Shown: piece after piece, positions 25,200 to 37,255 of the stretch
How positions within the stretch are numbered: position 1 is the stretch's first letter
Layout: every line of letters begins with the position of its first letter
Assembly: GCA_028534125.1 (NCBI GenBank)
Contig: CM052816.1
Span: forward strand, 98,210,001-98,274,000
DNA length: 64,000 bases
Direction of reading: 5' to 3'
From: Lama glama
Lineage: Eukaryota
The notes under the pieces: generated by a model
The model's database searches: none
Told to the model about the DNA's origin: nothing
The model's input: the letters and a program-made list of their open reading frames with translations, nothing else
Translations under genes and position numbers: made by a program

Positions 25200-25641
25200 T
25201 GCATTAGTTTTTAGGGCTACCATAACGAAGTCCTACAACTGAGTTGCCTAAACAGCACACATTTGTCATCTCAGTTCTGGAGGCTAGAAGTCCAAGATCA
25301 AGGTGTCGGCAGGGCTGACTTCTCCTGAGGCTGTGAGGGAGAATCTGCTCCAAGCCCCTCACCTGGGCTCTAGGGTCTGCTGGCCATCCTTGGCCTTTCT
25401 CATCTTTTGGGAGCATCACCCTGATCTCTGCTTTCATCTCCAGGTTGCATTCTTCATGGATGTCTCTGTGTCCAAATTTCTCCTTCTTATAAAATCACCG
25501 AATTTCTCCTTTTTATAAAATCTAATAGTAATTAACTACCTCCACAACAGCTCTGTTTCCACATAAGGTCACATGAGCCATTGGGGGTTAGGATTTGTAC
25601 ATATGAATTTTGGTGGGGAGAACACAGTTCAATTTGTAAGA
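25200..25641 (-). mobile_element. MLT1C-like MaLR solo LTR
   Basis: TGCATTAGTTTTTAGGGCTACCATAAC, CAGTTCTGGAGGCTAGAAGTCCAAGATCAAGGTGTCGGCAGGG and ATAAGGTCACAT...GGGGTTAGGA. Confidence 0.9.
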
Positions 25642-25714
25642 CGTGTGAAGAAGAACCACTACCCCAGACCAAAGTGACCCTTACCTGCAAAAGCTTTTTA
25701 AGATGTTTCAGCAC

Positions 25715-25885
25715 CAAAGTTCTCAAAGCTGACTGCATGTTGTATTTTCTGTAGGCTTTAAAAAGCCCTGATGCTCAGCTTGCATCTTAAACCAATTAAA
25801 TTATGATCAAACAAGGGGGAACCAGGCACCAGTATTTCTTAAAACTTCTCAGGTGTATAGTCAAGGTTGATGGCCAGTAGTTTAG
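25715..25885. mobile_element. MER5A-like MITE
   Basis: GTTCTCAAAG...CTGATGCTCAG...ACCAATTAAAT...CCAGGCACCAGTATTT...CTCAGGTG. Confidence 0.7.
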
Positions 25886-26093
25886 AGTAACCCTGTCAAC
25901 TGGAGGTCCTCCCAGCCTCCTTACTCAGAAAATAATCGAAGAGACCTCTGGTCTCTCTGAAACAGCTCCCCAGAAGCCCGAGTGCTCACCCAGGTTCTAG
26001 TCAAATCCTGCTCAGTAAGCCATGCTTAACCTGCAGCGAGGTCTGGAACTTTGGCTCAAAGCGACCGGAAACACCGAGCCAGTGGTAACTGGG

Positions 26094-26112
26094 CAGCTAC
26101 TAGAGGGCGGCG
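26094..26112 (+). promoter_or_regulatory. Candidate CTCF site
   Basis: CTACTAGAGGGCGG matches the CCASYAGRKGGCRS consensus with one mismatch. Confidence 0.45.
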
Positions 26113-29100
26113 TGTTGAAAGGCAGGGAAGGGATAACAGACAACCTGGCAGAGGACAAGAGGCTGGAGGGCCAGACAGCAGTCATGGCTCCGAATGACTT
26201 TGAACATAAAAGCCAGTTCAACAGGTTCTGCCTAAGACACAGGAAAATGCATGTTGCATTTTTGGAGAGAAATATCCAAAAACATGAAGAGAAATATTTG
26301 TTTAAGAAGAGATGCACTTCAGTTAACTGAAGAATGAAATTTTTCATTCCTTGATAATACTGAGTGCATCTGGTATTTTTATGGAATAAATCTGTTATTT
26401 TATTTGCAAAATTGGATAAAATTCATTTACACAATTGGCAGAAGACATCAATTATCTTACCCCTAGTCTCAAGTTGGAGAGATTCGACACATGTCCTGAT
26501 CTCAGTGATTGGATATTCATTCTACTTCCAGCTTGATGGTGTAAGATTGCAAAGGAGGGTCCTCAGCTTCTAGGAGCGCTAAGCTGGCAGCGCTGGAATA
26601 AACATGGACAGTCACGTGCCTTTATTTTTACAGCAGCTGAGGGGTGTATTTGGGCTCTTGCTGTGCGTGGATCCTCCCCTCTGGAATTCTCGGGCTTTCC
26701 GGAGAGGGTTTGATGGGACTTGTGATCAGCTGATCTTGGAGTTGTGTCTGTGGAGGTTGTTCAATCGGGCAATCTCTGCACGTAGCCACCTGTGTGGCCA
26801 CATGCGATTGGAACTCCCCTGGGTAATCAACATGCAGGGGAGCTGCTGAGAGCATGTGTGCACCCCAGGAGCAACCACACTGTGTATACGCAGACATCAC
26901 ATTAGGTCAGAATGGTGTCTGGTAAAACATATCATCTCCTTTGAATTATTGCAACACGTAAGCCGAGTTTGTTTGGATTGCATTATTTTCAAATAATCCA
27001 AAGACAAGCACCAAAATGATGTTAAATGCTGGCAGCTAAATTAACTTGAAGAACTCATAAGAGAGAAAGAGATAAATGTAGCTTGAAATTTTCAGCTCTG
27101 AGAAGATCTTAATGTTTTGACAGTGTTTGTTAGCCTAATACAGAATTTTAAAATGGTTTAGTGAAAACTTTTTTCTTACACATTTGAGGAGCAGCAAGCC
27201 TGTGATAAACACTGTAGGGCAAAGGTGTGCAGTGCAGGAAGAATATTTTAGTTCTCTTTTCTGTCTTTCAGATACTTGGCCACACAAGAAGGGCTCGTTT
27301 GTGTAACAGCAGACAATCCAGGGTAACCGGTTTCTGCAATTTAACAGGCGTAAACAGACAAACTCCACAAGGACAGTTTGGGAAAAGCTGTCTTGATGAT
27401 CACATGGAAAAGAGAAAACGAGCAAAGGGCTTAACTGGCCATGAGCTCAACGAGAATCCAGAGGGAAGTGCATGTCTTTAAAATTAATACGCAATTCTGA
27501 GCCACCTTCACCTAAATCTGTGACCCAAATCTACGGGAGAAATGGCTGTGCTCTGCTCTGCACTGTCTGTTTCCTGTCTGGACGCTTCAGGGCCTGAGCC
27601 GTCAGACACTCTTTGCTACGTGACTTATGTGAAAAGTGACTGTTTATGAGCCTCATGCTATCAGCGCTCGTCAACGTGATAGAAAGTTAAGTGCAAGACT
27701 TTTTAGTGACTAGGAAGAGTTTTGTGATAAAACAATCTTGCTATGAATCTCTTGGAGGTAAGACTCTGCCAAATACACAGGTAGTACTGACACCACTGCC
27801 CACTTTGATGCTTCCAGCTCACGCCCGGGAGGCACAGCCAGAGGCTTAAAGCAGTACCACTAACAAGGGGCTGGAGGGAGGGCTACGGGGCGCGAGGCAG
27901 GGGTGGGTGGAGGCTGCTGCTCCATGTCCAGGGTTTCTGTCAGTCATGAATCTCCCAGACTCTCCCCCAGAGGAGGGGGTTCAGCTGCCCACCTCACACA
28001 GTCCTCCCACTGGGAACTTCAGGTGGTACTTGGCAGGGGCCGCAGTGCCTCCAGGGAAATGCCGGGGCAGGCAGGGGTCAGGGGCTATGCATGGGGGGAG
28101 TGGGAACAGGCTGAAGAAAGGGGCCTCCAGGCTGCCCCTGGGGGAGACTGGCCGGAAACCACACAGCCTTGGTTGCTACCTCGCTGGCTGGAAGCAGCCA
28201 AGACCAGGGGATGCCGAGGGGAGCCACAGCGCCGTGCTGGATCCTTGGTTCTCCTACCCAGACTGGACACTGCGAGGGACGTTTGCAGGAGGTAAACCTC
28301 CTCAGGGTGTGGCCTTGGGAGTCCAGTCTGAGCCCCATCAAGCATGCCCTTCACACCATGGGAGAAGGCACTTTGTCACCAGCTTCCTCCCTCTCATCTT
28401 TCTGCAGCCCCAGAAAGACTTCCCCTGAAAATATTTAAAAGGAACCAAGAATAAAGTAGCATGTGAGGGATTAGAAAGGCTGCCGGCTGCCTTTTCAGGG
28501 GTGCAGGAAGTGCTCGAAGAGAGAAGGAGAGAGTGAAGCTGGTAACGGTGACGTGACGTGTCGGGAGCTGGCGGTGACGCAAAGCCCCGCCACCACCATA
28601 AACACTTCTCCCCACGACTGCGGGTCCTTTACCTCTTCCCGGTTTTCCCCGACTCAGTGTGTGGAGCCACACCCGCAGTCACTCCTCATGTGGATTCCGC
28701 TTTTGACCAACGTGTTTCCCAGTTGTCTCCATCCCAAAGCACTGTCCACTTCCCAGCCAGGAGCTCTTCTGGATTTAAACAGGGATCAAAAAATATTCTC
28801 TCAAATTGGGCTTTTCTGGAAGTACAGTCTTGGTTTGTCCAAATGATCATTTACTAAGAACAAAAAAGCAAGGCTGAATGTGGCCCAGACAAGCCTGAGC
28901 AGCCGGGCATTGAGGACGCAGCAAAGGTCTGAGCGGAAGAAATAAACCCTTGAAAACTGAGTTTACGTATTTTCTAAGACTCTTGAGAAACGTGCAGAAG
29001 ACGTGGCTGTTACGAATAGCCTGGAAACAGCGGACCAAGCGCACATGGAGAGCTGTGTACTTTTCTTCATCAACTGTTCGTAAGACTGAAAGAAATCTTG

Positions 29101-30559
29101 TTGACGGAGTCTCTATTCTTTCTTTTTATTATTGTGGTAAAAGTTGTTCTGCCTCTGTGCGTAAGCGAATATAAATAGAACCATTTGCAATTCTGTTTTC
29201 AAACATCTGAACAAGCATGGTCCTAAAATGAGTGAAGGGCAAGGGGACATGTCCCGCCAGTGTGGCCTCTGCCATTGCAGGGTGTGACTGCAGACAAAAC
29301 CCCCCATCGTGCTGAAGTTCACCTGCCAAGGCCCAGGTGCAGTGGGCGAAAAGGCACAGAAATGAGCGAGAGCAATGGAAGGGGCGCTTACGACATCCAG
29401 GTGTAAACATGGGCCTTTCATGAGAAGGAGGAAACAGAGGTACAGAACACGAAGCAAAGAAGCACCTGTGCCTGCCGGGTTCCCAGGGAACCGCCTGCAG
29501 CCTGTCCGAGAAACCCCCCGAGGGTTTCCAGTCTTTATGTCCGGTTATTTCTGTGACCCACGTGCACAGAGGCACAGCTCACCCTGACAAGAAGAGGCTG
29601 CGAAAGTCTGCCGGCCGTTACGCAGCGTCTCTACGTGCAGCTCGCTGTCCTGGGGCATGTCCTGCATGGGGCCTGCACTGACATGACCCCAGGCTGCAGG
29701 GAGCACCGGCCTGGGGAGCAAACACTCATGGGGGATCGTCGTGACCTGAGTGGGCTGAATGTGTCCAAGGGTGGGATGTTGGGAGCAGCGGTCTTGAGAG
29801 GTACCCAGTGGCCCAGGGCCATTTCTTCTGTCTGCACCAGGGTTCGCTTTGATGTTCCCAGATCCTGGTGCTAAGGCGGGGCTTCTGGAGGCCGCACGTT
29901 TGCCAGGACAGCCTGACGGGGCCAGGGAACGTGGGTGACCTGAAGTAGGTCAGGGCTTCTCTGGAGCAGAGCTGCTGGGGCTTCCAAGCCAGGGCCACCT
30001 CCCCTGCCCTCACAGTAAGACAGAGGAAACGAACCTGGGACTCCAGGCCTGACTTCTCGGAGCTCCCCGTGGAGGGATGGCTCTGTGTCCCAGAGGGCTT
30101 TGTAGGTGCAGCAGAATGACGCTCAGAGTAGCGGCTGCTGCCCCGTGGGCCTCCAATCACTGTGTCTGTGGGAACCCACACACACCCCAGGGCAGCCTCA
30201 CGGGCATCTTTGCTGCAGAGAAGAAAGCTGTTCCGGATGCCAACTTTGAACAGGTCACCTCCCACTACAGAGCCAGGGAAACTCTGGGACCTGTGCAGAG
30301 AGCACGGTGCTGCCTTTCCATCGCTCTGAGCTGCTGTGGACGTGGCTTTGCTTCAACCTCCCCTGTGCCGGAGGAAGCACACAGACATGTTCTTAGTGAT
30401 GAGAAGCTAAGATCTGTCTGTTCCCCAGGGGATGTGCAGACCTCAGAAGGATGAAACATGAGCGCGAAGGGCTTCTGCAGGGGAGCACGGTCTCCCTGAT
30501 GTCTGGCACTTCACTTTCTTCATTTAAAACTCTCTTCAAAATGGTTCTGTGACACCAGG

Positions 30560-31150
30560 TGGTTATAACGTAACCGAGCAGTCTGGCTGCTGCGCTGCAG
30601 TTGCAGTCGGCCTCCCAGTCCAGGAGGCCGACCTGCCAGTGCTTTTAGCTGCTCAGGAGCAGAGGTACACACTGTCGTTCTTCTTCCTTAATGAGAGAGG
30701 ATCTGGAGGGGTCAGCTCACTTCCTCAGGTCACCCCTTGCATCAGGGACTCGAGACACTCCTGTCACGCCCTGCGCTGCTGCCCTGAGGGGTCTTCCTGG
30801 CTGGACTGGAAAGGGAATTGGAAATGCTTCACTCAGCAGCACGTTGGGATCAAGCTGTGAGCTAAGTGAGAAGCCGCAGGGAGAGCCATCCTCAGATCTG
30901 TTTCGCTGCGGGCTGGAGGCTGCTGCCGCCGCCACGCAGAGCCGCCTGCGGCTGCGCTCAGGGCTCTCCAAGAAGAAACCAAGCCTCGGAGGTTAGGACA
31001 AGACGGGCAGGACGGCCGGGCCAGAATCCAAGCTGGGAAAGTGAGTCTCCGTTCTCTCTCTCTTCAGGAGCTCAAACAAAATTGAGCCCCAGTCATCTCT
31101 GGGCACCCAGACGAGCCTGGCGACGTGGAGGCACCTGGACATATCGGGCT
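30560..31150. promoter_or_regulatory. CpG-rich, repeat-free segment; possible promoter or enhancer
   Basis: Dense CpG and GCC triplets (GCTGCTGCCGCCGCCACGCAGAGCCGCCTGCGGCTGCGC), with a donor-like AAA|GTGAGT at 31041. Confidence 0.35.
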
Positions 31151-31171
31151 GGACAAGAGGAGACAAGGGGG

Positions 31172-31229
31172 AGTGTGTGTGTGTGTGTGTGTGTGTATGC
31201 GCGTGTGCGCACGCGCACACACACACGTG
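31172..31229. repeat. (GT)n-(GC)-(AC)n alternating purine-pyrimidine tract
   Basis: GTGTGT...TATGCGCGTGTGCGCACGCGCACACACACACGTG. Confidence 0.95.
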
Positions 31230-32339
31230 AGAGGATGACTTTGAAGATGGAGGAGCAGAGAATGAGAAGTGCAGCAGGGAAATCAGGAAGTGAAACAAAA
31301 AGAGTGTTTATTTTGACTCCGTCTTAGGTGTTTTACAGCCAGCAGCCTAGAGAGTTGGCAACATTAATGGTCTCACTTCTTCAGAAAACAAAAATGTTAC
31401 CATTCTCAATTTTTTTTCTCTTGTTGTTCAAACAGGTACGTGACACACTTCGAAAGATAAAGATACAAAGACCTACAAAAACCTAGAACTCAGAATGAGC
31501 TACCGCTTGTAGCGCACAGGCAAGCACACCTCCCTGGGACTCAAAGGAGTCATTTCCTGCCGTGTGTCTGGGGTCCTTTCTGAGGATGAGGGGTCAGTGT
31601 TACCGTGAGTGCTGGGGACCTGGGACCCTGTGCATCCTGTTAGAGAGAGTGGAGGGGCTGGTCCCAGCGCTTTCTACTTGCTCCCCAGCTCCCTCCCGCT
31701 TCTGTTCTCCCACTGTCCTTTCTCCTCCTCCTCCTTGTCTTGCTAATCTAAGACCCCCGGAGCCAGGGTGGAGCTCAGCACCTACTGCTGTAACAAACAG
31801 CCCCTAAGGATGCATGCTCCCCACAGCTCCGCCACCAGAAGCCTGCCATCCGTTGCAGCACGTCATTAAACGTCCACCATGGTTATCTTGGCATTTCAGC
31901 ATTTGGTGGTTGGGGGTTAATTTCTGGGTGTGCTATTGCTTGAAGAAATACAGTGTCTTTGCTTTGGTTCATAAACTCAGATTTTCCTTAAAATTTCATT
32001 CTGTCAGACATTTTGCATTCACACTGCTTGCAGATGGCAAACGTACCGCCCCCCTGTGTGCCATCGCATCACAGCCCCTGGGAATCCTCGCCCAGCCTCT
32101 CCTCTGCCTTTCATGGAGACATGTCCACCCATGCGACGCACCGCGTTCACTGTCACACCATCCAGATATTGTTTCGAGGTCACATCATAACATGAGCTGT
32201 GGATAAACCACTTCAACTCAGACATAATGGCCCGCACAGCAACACAGTGACACACAGCCTAGTTCCTGACGCCGCCCGTGCTGCGGAGAGCCACTGCATT
32301 TCTAACGAAGCGCGGCAGAGAGGGAGGGTCGCCAAAAGC

Positions 32340-32710
32340 AGATGTTGCAAAAATAGCCTCTGCCATTAAGGCAGCAAAACAATATGAAAATGGGAGGCAC
32401 TTGAGGCCAGTGTGCATTTCCATAATTTATGGAAATGGCTTTTTCCTACATTTAATGGCTGTCCGGAGCTCCATTAAGAACCTGCCCCCTCTCCTTCTTC
32501 TTTTATATCCTCAAATTATAAATCACTACATCATTCTGCGGCGTTTTTGGTTTTAATCTCATTTAACTTATTGAAATGCGATCTGCTGTTTTCTTTGATT
32601 TGGGTTTGATGGACACCCCAGGACGTACAGCAAGCTTGGCAAGTCCTGGGCTGGAATCAGCAGCAAATTGCTGTTGGCATGTTGTGTTCATAATCATCAT
32701 ACCGCAGGCT
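32340..32710. promoter_or_regulatory. Candidate conserved developmental enhancer
   Basis: AT-richer non-repetitive island in GC-rich flanks, with clustered CCATTAA/TTAATGG/TTTATGG homeodomain motifs and a perfect palindrome. Confidence 0.45.
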
Positions 32711-33498
32711 GCCCCATCCGGGGGTCTTTCCCAGAGCTCTCTTTCTCCCCCTGGTGGGGGCAACTGGCAGAATCAGCCAGCCTGGGGTCTCTTCCCGCTC
32801 CCTCGTCAGCCCAGCCTGACGTGGCAGCCCTGACAGTCACCATGAGCCCGGTTTCATCCCTTTCCTCAGGTGACTGTTGTGAAAGGAAGTCAAATATTGT
32901 GGCTACCAAGAAGGCAGCCCTCTGGGCCCCACTGTCACTGTGAATGAAATGGGAGGAGGCAAGAGGAGGCACTCCCTGAGGGCTGCCTGGAAGGCGAGGG
33001 CAGGCTCTAGGGGAGCCCACGAGCACCCCAGCTGACGCTGCCTCCATGGGAGCACTGCGAGGCCAGTGCCCCCCGAGTCTGCCACGCAGCGCTCCCGGTG
33101 CGCCTGCTCCTGCCTGTAGTCACTGAACGCTCCCTGTCTCCTGAGGCAGCCGGGAAGCCGAGGCTAATGGGACATGCTCTCTGCTGCGAGGAGCCCACAT
33201 CACTGCAATTCCAGATGACGAACAGTATACATAAAAGTGGGCACAGAAGTGACCACTCTGCGGGGGACACCCAGGGAGAGCTCCCCGGGGGTGGGGGGTA
33301 GTTGATTGAGACACTACAGGGTAAAGAGGGGCTGAAAGATAGAGAAGTGGAGGACAGAATTTCCAACAAGCCCACCAGCTGACTTTGAAGAATGGAGGCT
33401 CTGGGAGCACCAGGGTCGTGGGGCCCAGAGCAGCAGGACCTCGAGCCACAGCAGAAGGGGGTGGCCCGCATGACCTATGGACGGTGCGTTGAATTTAA

Positions 33499-34160
33499 GT
33501 TTTTATTTATCATTGAAGTATAGTCAGTTTACAATGTTGTGTTAGTCTCTTGTGTGCCACATAGTGATTCAGTTATACATATGTATTCTTTTCCGTATTC
33601 TTTTCCACTACAGGTCACTACCAGACATTGAATATGGTTCCCTGTGCTCTGCAGTAGGAACCTGTCATTTATCTATTTTGTATTTAGTAGTGAGTATCTG
33701 CAAATCCCAAACTCCCAATTTATCCCTCCCACCTCCCTTCCCCACTGATAACCATAAGTTTGTTTTCTATGTTTGAGTCTGTTTTTCTTTTGTAAATAAG
33801 TTCATTTGTGTCATTTTTTTTTTTTAGATTTCACATATAAGCAATAGCATATGGTACATGTCTTTCTCTTTCTGGCTTACTTCACTTGGGATGATCATCT
33901 CTAGGTCCATCCATGTTGCTGAAAATGGCATTATTTCATTTTTTATGACTGAGTAGTATTCCATTCCATCTATCTATCTGTCTATCTAGCTCTCTATCCC
34001 ACAACTTCTTTATCCAATCATCTGTTGGATGATCTGTTGGCCATTTAGGTTGTCTCCATGTCTTGGCTATTGTAAACTGTGCTGCTATGAATATTGGGGT
34101 GCATGTATATTTTCAAATTAGAGTTTCCTCTGATATAGGCCCAGAAGTGGGATTATTGGA
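33499..34160 (-). mobile_element. Lineage-specific L1 3' end (same family as 23511), with an internal (ATCT)n at ~33967-33997
   Basis: ATTGAAGTATAGTCAGTTTACAATG...TCTAGGTCCATCCATGTTGCTG...CCCAGAAGTGGGATT. Confidence 0.92.
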
Positions 34161-34169
34161 CCCACTGAT

Positions 34170-34560
34170 GTTTAAAGTCAGGCAGTGGCATGGGCAGATA
34201 GTCACTGACAGGTCCTAACTAGGGACCACATGGAGCATGGACTGGAAGGAACAGGTCAGAATGTTGAGACAGCAACGAGGGCCTGAATGAGGGCTTGGCC
34301 CCGGAAGGGAAGAAAAGCGGTTTTTGCTGAGTGATACTGAGGTGGAATTTGCAGAACATCGTGTTGAACAGCTGAGGGGAGAAGTGCAGGTGAGGACAAT
34401 GAGGAGACCCCCAGCTCAGTGTCTGGGAGCAGAGGTGACCTTGATTAGGGTGAGAAACACAAGGTTAGGAACAGAAGGTAAACGTGGTCTCTAAGTCTTC
34501 AGCGGTGGGTGGAGAAGGGCACCACTCACTGTGCCTCAGGTGGACAGATAGGTGGTCTGT
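34170..34560 (-). mobile_element. L2 fragment
   Basis: Purine-rich antisense L2 pattern: TGGAGCATGGACTGGAAGG, GAGGGCCTGAATGAGGG, GAGGTGGAATTTGCAGAAC. Confidence 0.5.
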
Positions 34561-34794
34561 TGCTCTCACTAATCACTCAGGATTACAGGGAAGTAGAAGT
34601 TGTCCAGCGGTAGAAATGGGAAACACACAGACGCATCCAAATAACCAAGATGAAAAGGGAAGCTGTGGCCAGTTGACCAAACAACAAAAATGCAGAAAAG
34701 AAAAAAGTAAAACAGCACATAAAGCTCGAAACTTAGGTGAGATGGAGGGAATAAAATCAAGTAAATCCATTAGAATGTGTAAAGTTTTCTCTTT

Positions 34795-35600
34795 TTCAGT
34801 AAACTTTTTATTGGGTAAAATTTCAAACTCCAAAGGATGTAAGCGTTATAAAGAACTCCCTGTATAACCTTCATCGGGACCACCAACTGTTACGACTTTG
34901 TCGCACGTATTTTATCATCCTCTCTCTAATAGCTGTAATATCTTTCTGAACTATTTGAGGGTACGTTACACACATGGTGACCATTTACTCTTAAATAGTT
35001 CAGTATGAATTCCCTAAGAAGAGGGATAGTCTCTAAAAAACCACAGTAAAAGTGTCAAAATCAGGAAATTCATGCCCCATTTTATATATAAGCTGCATTT
35101 CACATCATATCTCATCAGTTGTCTCTATAATATAATTTATAGCAAATTTTTCCTGTTCAGGATCCAATTTGGGATCACACATTCCATTCCATTGTCATAT
35201 ATAATCTGGAAGGACTCCTCGCCCTTCCTTTGGCTTTCGGGACACTGAAATTTTTAAGGAATCCAGGTCAGTTATTTTGTAGGGTGACCTTCAGTTTGGT
35301 TTTGCATAACGTGTCACCATTATGAGACTTAGCTGATTCTGCATTTTGCAGCCATATTGCAGAGGCGATGCTGTATCGTTCCCTGTGCATCTTATCAAGA
35401 CCACAGGATGTCCCCTAATCTCTTTGTTTGTAAAAATATCCTTGATGATGCCATTAAAGTGGTGTCCACCAGAGTTTTCCATCATGAAGTTACTGTTTTT
35501 CACACTTGTAATTTGTCATTTGTGGAGAGATGCTTTGAGACCATGAACATATCCTGTTTTTTGTCAAACTCTTACCCACTGATATTAGCAACTAATGATG
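34795..35600 (-). mobile_element. Old L1 3'UTR (L1MC4/5-like)
   Basis: AACTTTTTATTGG.AAAATTTCAAAC, TTTCTGAACTATTTGAG, CAGGATCCAAT and CCAGGTCAGTTATTTTGTAG. Confidence 0.75.
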
Positions 35601-35604
35601 TGAG

Positions 35605-36440
35605 GACTGAGAACAAGAAACAAGAAAGCTACAGAGGCAATATTAACATCAGATAGGGCAGAATTTAATATTGAAGACTCTAAACAATATGGAGGAATAT
35701 TGTACCAGTGGCAAAAGTCCCAATGAAAAAAAATAGACGTATAAACATAATAATGTGATGAAAGGCTTTTATAAACATCACTCAATCAGATTTTCCCCTA
35801 GGAAAATAATAAGGACATAGATTAATTTTAGAAGTTAATTAAAACTTATAAATGTGTAAATAAATAGTAAGTGTATAGAGATAAGCACATCCTTTGGGGA
35901 GTGTTCTGTATGTTTATATATGGATTATTTATAAAATTGTTATGTACTTAGCTACAAAAGCCATAGCTTATATATTTTAAAAGTAGAGGCTCTTTTTTTA
36001 GTTCACATTCTCTGATTATAAGCTAATGAAAGTCAGAAATAAGTGATAAATGATAAGGAAAAAAACTTGACTCTTCAGATATTGAGAATGGCCATGTTAG
36101 ATACCTTATGGATTAAAGAGAAAATTAAAACTGAAATTAAAATTATTTAGAAAGCAATAAAAAAGCATTTTATACCAAAACCTATGGTGCAAACATAAAT
36201 GCTATATATACTGATTGCTACCATTATTTAAGAAGAGGAACTATGTATAAAAAATACTTGTGTTCATCTCAATAAATTAGGAAATAAGCCAAAACATACA
36301 AACAAGAATCAAGGAGAAATAAATAAAAGGGTATTAGAAACAATGCAATTTGAAACAATGAAAGCAATAACTGAAATGAAACTATAAATCCAAATCTGGT
36401 TTTTAAAACAATCAATATGATCAATGAACCTTTCACAGGC
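35605..36440 (+). mobile_element. Degenerate L1 ORF2 (endonuclease region) remnant
   Basis: A-rich. GCAATATTAACATCAGATA, CACATTCTCTGATTATA and TATACCAAAACCTATGG match old L1 ORF2. Confidence 0.6.
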
Positions 36441-37255
36441 TTCATTAAGCACATTGCTGGAGTCATAAACACGAGCCCATCAGGGAAACGTATCCATCAC
36501 ACAAAAAAGCATAAGCAAGAAGGTTAGGCAGCTAAATATATGTCATCTTGGAGCATCTCCTACTCTCAAAATACCTAAGAAGCTACGCCACACGTTTTAG
36601 ATGGCCTGACTCCAAAAAGATGGAATCACGCTGGAGGCTGGTAGACCACTGTTTCAAAAGCAGTGTTGGGGGATCTTTATATTGTGAAACAAAGAAGCTT
36701 CCTCTCCCTGCTTTTACCCTTAAAAGATTCGGCCCCAACCACGGTTCTCCTCATGCTTTCTCTGCATCCCTCACATGTTCACACGTGCCCTCCTTCCCCT
36801 TCTTGGCCAACGCTTCACAGCCAGACCAGGTGGGGTGGACCCGGAGGGGGCACGCTTCTGTTTCAGTGAATCCGCTCCAGTGTTCTGAGCCTTGGGCTTA
36901 GGGCTGCATGAAAGAATTCAGATGTGATATTTCCATAATATTATCATATAAGGAAGCTCTTCTTTATACCTCAGGAACTGATATCACACTTTCACTTAGC
37001 ACAGGCATTTAGTTTCGCTATGCTCTGGAGTTGAAATACGGTACATGCAAATTAAACATGAACAAAACAAAACCTTCTCATTCCTGCGTGTAAAGTACAG
37101 GACTCTCACCAGGCTGGATCTCGTAGACACTGTCAGGGAGCAAACCAGCACAGAGATGGGAGCTGGCCGAGGGCAGGGGTGGGGGCAGCGCGGCGATGTG
37201 CTGGGGGGTCTGGACTGCGCCTTCCTGAGTCACAGTTTCAGGAGCTCAAGGGGTA

